From Nitrospinales bacterium (GTDB taxonomy: Bacteria; Nitrospinota; Nitrospinia; Nitrospinales; VA-1), in assembly GCA_965223795.1 (NCBI GenBank), contig CBDCXL010000002.1, positions 3,168,001 to 3,232,000 on the forward strand: 64,000 nucleotides of DNA. Direction: 5' to 3'. Shown here in pieces: positions 19,691 through 29,187 of the stretch. Under the pieces are notes generated by a model. It made no database searches. It was not told where the DNA came from and was given only the letters and a program-made list of their open reading frames with translations. Position 1 is the first letter of the stretch, and each line of letters begins with the position of its first letter. The position numbers were made by a program, and so were the translations under genes.

Positions 19691-22216
19691 TCAGTTTTCG
19701 GATTTGATCGACGTCAGATTTTTGTCGTTGTCGCTTTTGAAGAAATATTCCTCGCCGATGATGTTTCGCATCATCACTTTGATTTTATTGAAGTCCCCGG
19801 TCAGGGCCAGGCGGAACAATTCCTCGATTCTGCGGTTGAAATTATCGTCGATCTCTCTCTTTGATTGTAAAACTTTTATTTTCTTATGGAAAGTTTCAAT
19901 TGCCTCGTCGCGGTCGTCGACCAGTTCCTCGAACAGCTTTTCCCCCGGGCGGATGCCGGTGAATTTGATTTTGATGTCCTTGTCGGGTTCATATCCCGCC
20001 AATCGGATCATTTTCTGCGCTAAATCGACGATTTTCACCGGTTCGCCCATTTCCAGGACGAATATCTCGCCACCGTCGCCGATCACCGCCGCCTGCAGGA
20101 TGAGCTGCACGGCTTCGGGAATGAGCATGAAATACCGCGTCATTTCCGGGTGCGTGACGGTCACGGGACCGCCGTTCTCGATCTGGTTCTGGAAGAACGG
20201 GATGACGCTGCCCTTGCTGCCGAGCACGTTGCCGAAACGCACGGTCATGAATTTGGTGTTGCTGCGCTGGTTCATGTACTGAACGTATTTTTCGGCCACT
20301 TTTTTGGTGGTGCCCATGACGCTGGTGGGCCGGATCACTTTATCCGTGGAAACCATCACGAAGCGTTCCACGCCGTATTTGTCGGAAACGTCCGCGGTGA
20401 GCTTGGTGCCGTAGATGTTGTTCACCACCGCCTCGTCCACGTTGTCTTCCATGAGCGGCACGTGTTTGTGGGCCGCGGCGTGGAACACGATCTGCGGACG
20501 GAACTGGGCGAAGATGGAGTCCATCTTCTCTTTGTTGGTGATGGAGCAGAATTTGTAGTGCTGTTTGGTGGCGGAGTTTTTGGCGTTGTTGCCGCCGTTC
20601 AGCAAAATATTCAGCTCGTAGAGGTAGTTCTCTCCGCGGTCGAGCATGACGAGCTCGGACGGCTCGTACTCCATGATCTGCTGGCACAGCTCGGAACCGA
20701 TGCTGCCGCCGGCGCCGGTCACCAGCACGCGTTTGCCCCAGACCATGTTCTTGATCGCGGTGAGGTCGAGGGAAACGGAATCGCGGCCCAGCAGATCGCT
20801 GATCTCGATTTTGCGGATTTTGGAAAAGTGGACGTCGTTGGTCGAGAGGTCGATGACCGACGACACGATTTTGAATTTGACCACGCATTTGCTGCAGATG
20901 TCCACCAGTTCGCTGAGACTTTCGGAGGAGATGTTGTTGATGGCGATCAGCACTTCGCGGATGCCCAGGTCGGCCACCAGCTCCGGGATGTCGTAGCGGT
21001 TGCCCAGAACCTTGACGCCCATCAGGTTTTTGTTTTTGATGCTCGGGTTATCGTCCACGAATCCGCAAACGCGAAAATGCGGGAAACGCTGGCGCAGGTT
21101 TTTGAGCAGCAGGGCGCCGGTGTCTCCGGCTCCGAAGATGAGCACGCGGATGCCGCCCTCTTTGACAAGCGGTTTCTGTTTCTGTCGTTCTTTCCACATG
21201 CGCCAGGCCAGACGCGAGCCGCCGAGCATGGTGACCAGCAGGATGAAATCGATGATGGGCACCGAGCGGGGAATCGTGACCGGGGGATTGGAATAGAGAA
21301 AGATCGAAACCAGAAGCAGGATCGACCCCGTGAGCACGGCTTTGATGATCAGCACCAGCTCCTCGAGGCTGGAATACTCCCAGAACCTGGAATAGAAGCG
21401 GAAATAAAAATACGAAACCGATCGGGCCAGGACGATGAACGGAACCAGGTACAGCAGGGTTTTGAGTTCCTTCTCAGGAATGTTCCACTCGTACCTTAAA
21501 AAATACGCCAGGTAGAAAGAGATGAGTCCGAGGGCGATGTCACTGATGAAGAAGAAGAGGTTCTGCGGGCTCACCCTCAGGTTCTTCAGAGAGAACGCGG
21601 ATTTGATGTCGACGTTGAACAGCGAATGCAGCAGCAGGTTGATGTCGTAGAAAAACGAAGACCGGTCGAGATACACCATGGCGAGCCGGATTTTTTCGGG
21701 CATCAGCGTGTTGATGTATTCTTCCTCCGGATTGGGGGACTTGCTCAGAATCTCTTTTTCGTTCTGGAATTCCTGCGCCGCGAGGTCGGTGATCCCCGGC
21801 CGGACGGTCAGAATCCTGAGAAATTTGCCGCGGAACAGGTGGACGTGCTGGCGCAGTTCCGGGCGCGGCCCGACGATGCTCATGTCTCCTTTGAGGACAT
21901 TGATGAGCTGCGGCAGCTCGCTCAACCGGGTCTTGCGCAAAAACCGGCCGACGCGTGTGGGTTTGGACGTTTTCTGAAACCTGGGTGCGGGACCTTCTGC
22001 GCTTTCTTCGAGCGTGCGGAATTTGAGGATGAAAAAGCGGCGAAAGCCTTTCCCGATGCGTTCTTCCCGGAAAAAAACCGGACCGGGTGAGTCCAGCTTG
22101 ATCAACAGCGCGATCACCAGAAAGACGGGCAGCAAAAGCACCAGGGCGGTTAATGAAACCACCACGTCGAACAGGCGCTTCGTGAAGATCCAGTATACAG
22201 ATGGATTAGATTTCAT
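19691..22216 (-). CDS. Fusion of monotopic phosphoglycosyl transferase-like domain and PglF/CapD/WbpM UDP-GlcNAc 4,6-dehydratase
   Basis: N-terminal KRLFD, GDMSIVGPRPE, PGITD; C-terminal TGAGGSIGSEL, HAAAHKHVP, STDK, MGTTK, RFGNVLGS, RPGEKL. Confidence 0.92.
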   Translation of the reverse strand: MKSNPSVYWIFTKRLFDVVVSLTALVLLLPVFLVIALLIKLDSPGPVFFREERIGKGFRRFFILKFRTLEESAEGPAPRFQKTSKPTRVGRFLRKTRLSELPQLINVLKGDMSIVGPRPELRQHVHLFRGKFLRILTVRPGITDLAAQEFQNEKEILSKSPNPEEEYINTLMPEKIRLAMVYLDRSSFFYDINLLLHSLFNVDIKSAFSLKNLRVSPQNLFFFISDIALGLISFYLAYFLRYEWNIPEKELKTLLYLVPFIVLARSVSYFYFRFYSRFWEYSSLEELVLIIKAVLTGSILLLVSIFLYSNPPVTIPRSVPIIDFILLVTMLGGSRLAWRMWKERQKQKPLVKEGGIRVLIFGAGDTGALLLKNLRQRFPHFRVCGFVDDNPSIKNKNLMGVKVLGNRYDIPELVADLGIREVLIAINNISSESLSELVDICSKCVVKFKIVSSVIDLSTNDVHFSKIRKIEISDLLGRDSVSLDLTAIKNMVWGKRVLVTGAGGSIGSELCQQIMEYEPSELVMLDRGENYLYELNILLNGGNNAKNSATKQHYKFCSITNKEKMDSIFAQFRPQIVFHAAAHKHVPLMEDNVDEAVVNNIYGTKLTADVSDKYGVERFVMVSTDKVIRPTSVMGTTKKVAEKYVQYMNQRSNTKFMTVRFGNVLGSKGSVIPFFQNQIENGGPVTVTHPEMTRYFMLIPEAVQLILQAAVIGDGGEIFVLEMGEPVKIVDLAQKMIRLAGYEPDKDIKIKFTGIRPGEKLFEELVDDRDEAIETFHKKIKVLQSKREIDDNFNRRIEELFRLALTGDFNKIKVMMRNIIGEEYFFKSDNDKNLTSIKSEN

Positions 22217-22863
22217 AGGAGAGGCAGTCCCTTGCCGGGACGGCGAGGGCGCTGTCCCGAACGGTTACGTCCATATCGATATCGAAGACAACCCCTTTGT
22301 TGTCCCCCGTAATCCTTCAAAGGTTTACAGGGTGCCACGTGCGTATGAAGGATTGATCAAGGGAATGTAACAGTTCGATTACAATATGAAAAAAACGCAA
22401 CCCATCCCGTCTCCGCATTTCTTTGGGAGCGCACGGGGAAAAAATCGCCGTACAGAAAAAAATGCACAAAATCCCAAAGAATTACATCAACATTTGATTA
22501 ATTTATGATTTACATTTCTTGAAATATTACTCAAATATCGGAACTTATGTCAAGGCTCATCTGGAACGGAAAAGGTGATATAACTAACAAAGACAGAGTA
22601 ACTTATTGTCTCTTTGGGCAGAACGGCCGCGTTTTTTTTCCGGGCCGGAAATGGCATTAGATGGAAACCAAAAATGGATAAATTCCGAATATCGAACTGA
22701 ACTCATTGAAATAATTTGTAAATTAAGAAATCTTTCCCGAACAGGCATATTGAGGTGGGAAAGGCGTCCTGTGTGGGCGGGCGGGGTGTATGAATCTGTT
22801 CAGGGATTTGCAGAAAATTAATCAGGAGCTTGGAAATAAACCCCATAAAATCAATGTTATTTT

Positions 22864-22880
22864 GTGGCACGGTCCATGCT
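22864..22880 (+). promoter_or_regulatory. Sigma54 (-24/-12) promoter
   Basis: TGGCACGGTCCATGCT, GG-N10-GC spacing exact. Confidence 0.6.
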
Positions 22881-22947
22881 AGTACCCTAAAAACGGGATC
22901 TCACGGGGGATGACCACGACTGCGGATTTCTTTAACGGGCGGTAATT

Positions 22948-23094
22948 ATGAAAATCAAAGACGGCACCTGGGTCGAAAATATCAAAATGATGTTCATGAC
23001 GTTCTTTTCCACCCTTCCATTGGCGTACCTCGTTCTTGTTTTGATCGACGACTGGTTGTTTTCCATTGTCAAAGTGTTTTACCTGTCCCACTGA
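22948..23094 (+). CDS. Small hydrophobic protein, 48 aa (not in ORF track)
   Basis: MKIKDGTWVENIKMMFMTFFSTLPLAYLVLVLIDDWLFSIVKVFYLSH, downstream of sigma54 motif. Confidence 0.5.
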   Translation: MKIKDGTWVENIKMMFMTFFSTLPLAYLVLVLIDDWLFSIVKVFYLSH

Positions 23095-23381
23095 CCGAAA
23101 GCCGTAAAAGGACACTCTCCACTCCGCTTGCACCCGCCTGCACGCAGCGCGTTCTTTTCATTAATCATTGATGAAGATGCTTTTTTTGAGTAAGTGTGCG
23201 TCACATTAAAAACCTCCTGTTTCGGTTTTGGCACTCCGGCCATGGGTTTTGCCGGCAACTGTGAGTTCTATGTAAATCTTTGAATTCCTGAATTTTTCTT
23301 TCAAAGTCCATTGTGTTTAATAAGGAAATTGCAGTTAAAGTTTTAAAGTTATGTGGGTAACTATTAAAATTTAAAAAAATT

Positions 23382-23390
23382 TGTTATAAT
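23382..23390 (+). promoter_or_regulatory. Extended -10 element
   Basis: TGtTATAAT in AT-rich intergenic DNA. Confidence 0.35.
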
Positions 23391-24074
23391 TTACACTGTG
23401 TTTCCGGCTGGGCTCACAAGTTACTCACAGGCGGTCTGAGCCCGAAAGACATTTATTTTTCGGTTTTTAAACGTCAGAAACGGTTCGTTTTTATTGACAC
23501 CCAAAGCTTCAAAATGTATATTGCGCGGAAAGATGGGCCGTGATTTTTCTATTTTCATCGTGTTTCCGATGAAAATGGCGCTCATCCATCGTGGAATACC
23601 CGGTAATTCAAAGACTATCCTTTGAGGGACCGGCAAATCAGCATCCGAACTTCATTCGCTTCGGATCATTTATTGTGGCACTCCAACGCACCATCGATTC
23701 GGGAGGAGAAATCGAATGGCTTTGCAGTGGCATTTGGTTTTTCACACGCCTGTTTTTGTTAGTCGGGCCTTATTCCCTGCCTGAATCGACACAGCAGTTC
23801 AATAGATCCGTCTGCATGAGTGAAACCGCTCACAGATGAATAGCCGTTACGGTCTCTTGCCGGTTTGTTATTTACTATTACGGGCATGATCGCTTTGAGG
23901 CCCGGTGTCGGGTGTTCCCGGGGCTGATTGAACTGGATGAGTGCGGACGCAGTTTAAATGAAGGGCGAGACTTGCCCGGATAGATTCACAAGCGTGGATT
24001 CCGAGCCGTTTTTTCTGATTTAAACGTTTGCGGATGTTGAATCTGTTTGACCAACGTACCGGTGGGGGGATTTG

Positions 24075-25358
24075 ATGACTAAGTATTTTAAGTTCTCTGG
24101 TTTGAGTTTCCTGCTGTTGTTGTTCCTTCCTTCAATCGGGGCTGCCCAGATCGAAATTTTTCCAAAAGGCGGGCTGGAGTTAAGAACAGATGAAGGGAAA
24201 ATCCGCATTGGCCGAGTGGAAATTCATCCCGGGCTGGCATTGGAATCGAGATACGACAGCAATGTGTTTCAGTCTGCGGACAAAACGTTTGCCAATGGTA
24301 CCAGTGAAGACCCGACGGACGATTTCATTTTCACCATTTCTCCTTCCATAGGACTCGAACTCAAGCGTGGCAAAGGGGAGGTGTTTGGTTTCGATTTTAA
24401 ATACATCGGCAACAGTGAACATTTCGTCAACCTTTCCAGTGAAGATACATTCGAACACGATGTTTCCGCTGCGATGAATATTGGTGGACCCGGTGGCCGG
24501 AGTGATATCACTCTGGGCGGCCGGTACTTCAAAACCCGCAGCATTCAGGAAAGGGATCTGCAGAGCAACCTGGGATCGAGGGTCGATGAGGAGGATTCAT
24601 CCCTTTTCGCGGATTTTATTTATACCATCTCGCAAACGTTCAGCGTAAAACTCAATGGGAAGTACCGCCGGGAAGATTTTTCCGGTTCTCCTTCTCTGGC
24701 GATTGAGGATGTGGACACCATCAATCTCGGTGGAGCCATTTTCTGGCAGGTCACCCAGCCGACCGCGATCGGTCTTCGGTACAATCACCGTATCCGCGAT
24801 TACTTGACGCCATCGACGGTCAACTTCGACGGTAATGCGGATGCGATCTTTTTCTTGGTCAAATGGGAGCCGACCAAGCTGTTACGCGGCGAAGTGGAAT
24901 TGGGGTATGAAAACAAAAGGTTCGACAATATTTCCGGTCAGGATGAGGATGGTTTCGTATTTAATCTGGATGTGGGGTATGCCCCAACGGAACGGAGGCG
25001 GTTCCTGTTCAACGCCACCCGCCAGATTCTCGATTCCTCCTTTCAGTTGATTCAGGCTTTCATTTATACAGCGGCCGAAGGTGTCGTGCAGCAACGTCTG
25101 GGACGGAAGTTTTCCACAAAGGTCGGTTTTCAGTTTGAAAATCTGGACTATCAAAGGTCGGCGGTTGATACGCCGGGTGGGGGTGTTTCCCGAGTTCGCG
25201 TTGACAACACCATCTCCGGAACCGTGGCTTTAATATACGATATTCAAAGATGGCTTAAAGCCGAGGCTGAGTACAAATATGAGCAGAACTTCTCCAATTT
25301 TGACGACCGTGATTACGAGCAGAATATCGGAATTCTTCGGCTTTCAGCGACGTACTGA
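24075..25358 (+). CDS. Outer-membrane beta-barrel associated with polysaccharide export (EpsL/Wzp/BBP2-like)
   Basis: Signal peptide, YDSNVF near N-terminus, alternating beta strands, C-terminal beta-signal LRLSATY; upstream of wza. Confidence 0.8.
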   Translation: MTKYFKFSGLSFLLLLFLPSIGAAQIEIFPKGGLELRTDEGKIRIGRVEIHPGLALESRYDSNVFQSADKTFANGTSEDPTDDFIFTISPSIGLELKRGKGEVFGFDFKYIGNSEHFVNLSSEDTFEHDVSAAMNIGGPGGRSDITLGGRYFKTRSIQERDLQSNLGSRVDEEDSSLFADFIYTISQTFSVKLNGKYRREDFSGSPSLAIEDVDTINLGGAIFWQVTQPTAIGLRYNHRIRDYLTPSTVNFDGNADAIFFLVKWEPTKLLRGEVELGYENKRFDNISGQDEDGFVFNLDVGYAPTERRRFLFNATRQILDSSFQLIQAFIYTAAEGVVQQRLGRKFSTKVGFQFENLDYQRSAVDTPGGGVSRVRVDNTISGTVALIYDIQRWLKAEAEYKYEQNFSNFDDRDYEQNIGILRLSATY

Positions 25359-25420
25359 TTGGATTTTCAACGCGACTGAGTTTTTTACCTTTTGTTATTA
25401 TCGTTTCAGAATATGCACGG

Positions 25421-25449
25421 GGCCGAAAATCGTTTTCGGCCTTTTTTTT
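25421..25449 (+). terminator. Intrinsic terminator
   Basis: GGCCGAAAA-tcg-TTTTCGGCC followed by T8. Confidence 0.85.
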
Positions 25450-25604
25450 ATTTGCGCTTGGATGTGTTTGGTTTAAACTTTAGGCAATCCACGAAGTGCT
25501 CGGACAATTGCGTTTTTATTGCGCGGAGGGGTGTGCAAGTCAGCGGGCCACGATGACCGTTGGGCAGGTTTGTCCTTGTTTTGCCATGCAGATCCTGCAC
25601 TTGA

Positions 25605-25617
25605 TAAGTTATTGATT
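25605..25617 (-). promoter_or_regulatory. IHF-binding consensus upstream of wza
   Basis: AATCAATAACTTA matches WATCAANNNNTTR. Confidence 0.45.
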
Positions 25618-25705
25618 TCCTGAATCTCCGGAATTTACGATACCTCTAAGATCCTTTTCTCATGTATGCTTTGAAAACCAATACCTTTTGGGGAGTGAAG
25701 CCGTT

Positions 25706-26629
25706 ATGAAGAGAAATTCCTTGATTGTGATCCTCTGTTCCCTTGTTTGCTTTTTTTATGTTCATTCTGTTTTTGCCGCACCGGCAAAGCAATTTTCCGG
25801 AAAAGTGCTTTCCGGATCGGGTAAGGGACAGGATGAGTTTCCTCCCTCCACTCCCATCATCAATCAGAGTAATCCTTTTGTACTGGGACCCGAAGATCTC
25901 ATTATGGTGTCCGTCTGGGGGAATAAAGAATTGACGACGGAAATGCCGGTGCGCCCGGATGGAACCATATCCTTTCCGCTGATCGGGGATATCATGGCGC
26001 AGGGGCTGACTCCGGCTCAATTGAAGGAAAAAATCACGGAGGATCTGAGAAACTACGTGACCGATGCCAGCGTCACGGTCATCGTCAAGCAGATCAACAG
26101 CATCAAAATTTCCATTGCAGGTGAAGTGAAGGAGCCAGGAACCTATCAGATCAACCGCCCGGTGACGCTGCTGCACGTGTTTTCGATCGTCAAAGGCTTT
26201 ACGGAAAAAGCGGACTTGAAAAAATCCTATCTGCTGAGAAATGGGAAAAAGCTGAATATCGATTTTCATGCCCTGGTAAAAGCGGATGATTTCACGCAGA
26301 ACGTCTGGCTGAAATCCAATGATATCATTTTTATTCACGATAACTTTGGCAACCGCGTGAATGTGATGGGCGAAGTGGTCAAGCCTCAGGTGGTCACGTT
26401 TCAGGAAGGCATGACAGTGATGGATGCGATCCTTGTCGCGGAAGGGCTGACGGACATTGCCAAAGCAAACGGCACAAAGGTGTACAGGCGGAATAAACGG
26501 GGTAATTTTGACAAGGATATTGAAAAAATCAATGTGGAGCTGGATAAGGTGATCTTTGACGGGGATCTGTCTAAGAACATTCTTTTAAAGCCGGGTGATA
26601 TCATTCATGTTCCGCGCAGCTTTTTCTGA
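25706..26629 (+). CDS. wza: Polysaccharide export OPX protein (Poly_export plus SLBB domains)
   Basis: LGPED, VRPDGTISFPLIG, GEVKEPG, GEVVKP, LKPGDIIHVP. Confidence 0.9.
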   Translation: MKRNSLIVILCSLVCFFYVHSVFAAPAKQFSGKVLSGSGKGQDEFPPSTPIINQSNPFVLGPEDLIMVSVWGNKELTTEMPVRPDGTISFPLIGDIMAQGLTPAQLKEKITEDLRNYVTDASVTVIVKQINSIKISIAGEVKEPGTYQINRPVTLLHVFSIVKGFTEKADLKKSYLLRNGKKLNIDFHALVKADDFTQNVWLKSNDIIFIHDNFGNRVNVMGEVVKPQVVTFQEGMTVMDAILVAEGLTDIAKANGTKVYRRNKRGNFDKDIEKINVELDKVIFDGDLSKNILLKPGDIIHVPRSFF

Positions 26630-26668
26630 TCCCGTTGTGTTGAGTTGTTGAAAGCGTATACACACCAT

Positions 26669-26707
26669 AAACCGCTGGCCGTTCAAACACGGTCAGCGGT
26701 TTTTTTT
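26669..26707 (+). terminator. Intrinsic terminator
   Basis: AACCGCTGGCCGT-tcaaac-ACGGTCAGCGGTT plus T run. Confidence 0.85.
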
Positions 26708-26782
26708 ATTTGAATCGCAACGCTCTACTGAATTTGTCGTGTCGAATCAGGATAGGTGAATTGTTAATAGGAGAAACAGGGC

Positions 26783-27442
26783 TTGAAAATATCGTTGATT
26801 CTGGGGCTGGCTCTGACCGGGATGATCTTTTCTGATTTTTCGGAGTCGCATTCGAAATTTATTCCAGATTATGATACCGCGCGCCCCATTTTCTGGTCCA
26901 AGCTTTATCCAAATGGAGGCGAAACGCTCTATTGCGGTCAAAAGTTCGGCAAGCGGCGCGGCCGCAAGTACAATGTGGAGCATGTGTTTCCCATGTCCTG
27001 GGTGATCCGGGAACTGAAATGCGGGACCCGGACGGAATGCCGTGAAAAGAGCAAAATATTCAATCGGATCGAAGCGGATCTGCACAACCTGTATCCTGTG
27101 GTCAAATCGATCAATGATGCCCGCGGAAGTTTCCGTTATGGCGTGATCCCGGGGGAGAAGCGTAAATTCGGCAAACGTTGTGATTTTGAAGTGAATTTCA
27201 AAATCCGGGTCGTGGAACCGAGAGAAGCGGCACGCGGGGAGATTGCCCGCGCCATGTTTTATATGAAAGATACCTACGGCATGGTGATTTTTCGTAAGCA
27301 GGGGGAGCTGTTGTTAAAATGGCATGTGGAAGATCCGCCGTCTCAATTTGAAAAGCAAAGAAACGAAATGATCGAGAAGATCCAGGGAAATCGAAATAAA
27401 TTCATCGATAGGCCTGAATTGGCGCACCAATTGAAATTTTAG
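26783..27442 (+). CDS. Endonuclease I (EndA/Dns family), exported
   Basis: Signal peptide; TLYCG, EHVFPMSW, EADLHNLYP, RGEIARAMFYM, QGNRN. Confidence 0.9.
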   Translation: MKISLILGLALTGMIFSDFSESHSKFIPDYDTARPIFWSKLYPNGGETLYCGQKFGKRRGRKYNVEHVFPMSWVIRELKCGTRTECREKSKIFNRIEADLHNLYPVVKSINDARGSFRYGVIPGEKRKFGKRCDFEVNFKIRVVEPREAARGEIARAMFYMKDTYGMVIFRKQGELLLKWHVEDPPSQFEKQRNEMIEKIQGNRNKFIDRPELAHQLKF

Positions 27443-27455
27443 GCTGATGAGTAAT

Positions 27456-28403
27456 TTAAAGCGAAAAATCGACAATGAGTGGAAAGTGATCAGAGCCGAT
27501 GTCATTCCCGGTTTTCAGGTCTGAAATCATGACTCCTTTGGAAGTCAGGCAATGATCGATCGGAATCCAAAATATCGGTGAATTCGCGGGCCATGAAGGG
27601 ATAATGCCCCTGCCTTTCCGGGCGTCTATGAGGCCGGTGGATTTGATGAATCTTTTAAAGTGGTGAGACCACGCAGTCGTATTCAAATCCCCTAACAGCA
27701 TAATATTTTCCGATTTGGGAAACGAATTAATCAGGGAGGCGAGTTGCGCCAATTGTCCATTCCGGTATCGAAAAAATTTATCATTTCTTGGCGGGTCAAG
27801 ATGGACTCCTATCAGGGTGAGGTCGCCTGGCATGTTTTTTAGTTTGGCGACAACAAAGGGAATTTGATTGTCTTTAAATAACAGGACATCGGCTTTCTCA
27901 AATTTTATGCGACTGAAAAACCCCATTCCCGAACCGTCATCTCTTTCTGAAAGCTGCATGTATACATATTTCTTCAATGTCTGCTGTAGTTCAATGCGAT
28001 GGCGTCTGTTGAATTCTTCGATGACGATAAAATCCGGTTCAGTTTGTTTGAGAAAAGCTCGGATCTCTTCACTATTTTGATTGTAGGAATAAAGATTCAT
28101 CGTCACAGCGCGAAATGAAGATGGCGCGGCTGTGACTTCGTTGACTTTTAGTTGGGGTAGATAAGCCGGGATGAATTCCGCGGCATTGACAGAGGCAAGC
28201 AATGCTGAAAATATTGCAGCACGATATGACTTGAGGAATATCAAGCCAATGGAAAGTAAAAACAGGATCGAGAAGTACTGAACTCTAAAATGGCTTAAAT
28301 TATCAAGAAGCCAGTGGTGTTGTCCTGCGAAACCCGCGAAGGAAATGATGCCAACAAGTCCTGCAATGGCAAAAAAGAATTTAATAAAACTTGCTGACAT
28401 CAT
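27456..28403 (-). CDS. Membrane-anchored endonuclease/exonuclease/phosphatase family protein
   Basis: N-terminal TMs with HFRVQY; GDLNTT, IDHCL, GSDHFP. Confidence 0.88.
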   Translation of the reverse strand: MMSASFIKFFFAIAGLVGIISFAGFAGQHHWLLDNLSHFRVQYFSILFLLSIGLIFLKSYRAAIFSALLASVNAAEFIPAYLPQLKVNEVTAAPSSFRAVTMNLYSYNQNSEEIRAFLKQTEPDFIVIEEFNRRHRIELQQTLKKYVYMQLSERDDGSGMGFFSRIKFEKADVLLFKDNQIPFVVAKLKNMPGDLTLIGVHLDPPRNDKFFRYRNGQLAQLASLINSFPKSENIMLLGDLNTTAWSHHFKRFIKSTGLIDARKGRGIIPSWPANSPIFWIPIDHCLTSKGVMISDLKTGNDIGSDHFPLIVDFSL

Positions 28404-28445
28404 GCCATTGGCAAACGAAGCCGGTTTTAATAAGACAAGACCAAT

Positions 28446-29183
28446 TCAAGAAACCATTGTTTTGGGGGCAGGCATGACTATGTGTTGGGCTCCTGGTGGT
28501 GGATACGGTTTCAGAGGGATGGCTCGAAGCGCATGCTCGATCATCATTTTATCCGCTTTTAATTGGGTCAATAAACGCCCCACTCCCTTCAAGGCGGTTT
28601 CCCTTGAAAAAATGGCAACCAGGGTCAAAGCGATCAGTTTTATATCCAGGATAAAAGTTCTTTTCTTTATATAAAACAGACCCAGCCGGCTTTTCCAGGG
28701 GCGAATCAATTGGTTGTAATCCAAATCCGGATCTTGACTGTTTTTTAATATCTCTCCTTCATCAGAAAACACAATTGAGGAAAAATCCGTGATACCCGGA
28801 CGAACGGACAACAGGTTCATTTCTTCACGGGTATATCTCTTCACTTCCACAGTCACCTGGGGACGAGGCCCAACCAGGCTCATGTCGCCTTTGAGAACAT
28901 TCCAGAGTTGAGTCAACTCATCAAGCTTGAACCTGCGAATCCAGATACCTATTTTAGTGATTCGCGGATCGTTGGATGAGGTGGATTTTACAGATGAGCG
29001 GTTCACAACCATGGAACGGATTTTCACCATTGAGAATGGTTGATTGTGCTTGCCCGCCCTGGGAGCAATGTAAAATGGAGATTTGAAATCCTGAAGCCAG
29101 ACGAGAACCAGAGCTATGATCAATACCGGTCCTGCCAGTATCAGCCCAAAAGCAGATAAAACGATGTCAAGTAAACGTTTCAT
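28446..29183 (-). CDS. Initiating sugar transferase (monotopic PGT, PglC-like)
   Basis: KRLLD, KIRSM, DPRIT, LDELTQLWNVLKGDMSLVGPRP, PGITD. Confidence 0.93.
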   Translation of the reverse strand: MKRLLDIVLSAFGLILAGPVLIIALVLVWLQDFKSPFYIAPRAGKHNQPFSMVKIRSMVVNRSSVKSTSSNDPRITKIGIWIRRFKLDELTQLWNVLKGDMSLVGPRPQVTVEVKRYTREEMNLLSVRPGITDFSSIVFSDEGEILKNSQDPDLDYNQLIRPWKSRLGLFYIKKRTFILDIKLIALTLVAIFSRETALKGVGRLLTQLKADKMMIEHALRAIPLKPYPPPGAQHIVMPAPKTMVS

Positions 29184-29187
29184 AGGA

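Noticed and set aside
252..21499. Many long antisense or alternate-frame ORFs (e.g. 1086..2387, 9825..11183, 16592..18025, 20150..21499)
   Set aside because: Shadow ORFs of GC-rich genes; no recognisable motifs
22938..22950. ops/JUMPStart-like GGCGGTAA
   Set aside because: Does not match GGCGGTAGnnTG; better explained as the ribosome-binding region of the 48-aa ORF
22606..23839. Track ORFs 22606..22821, 22879..23133, 23421..23636 and 23591..23839
   Set aside because: Non-ATG starts or no RBS, and no motifs; probably non-coding regulatory DNA
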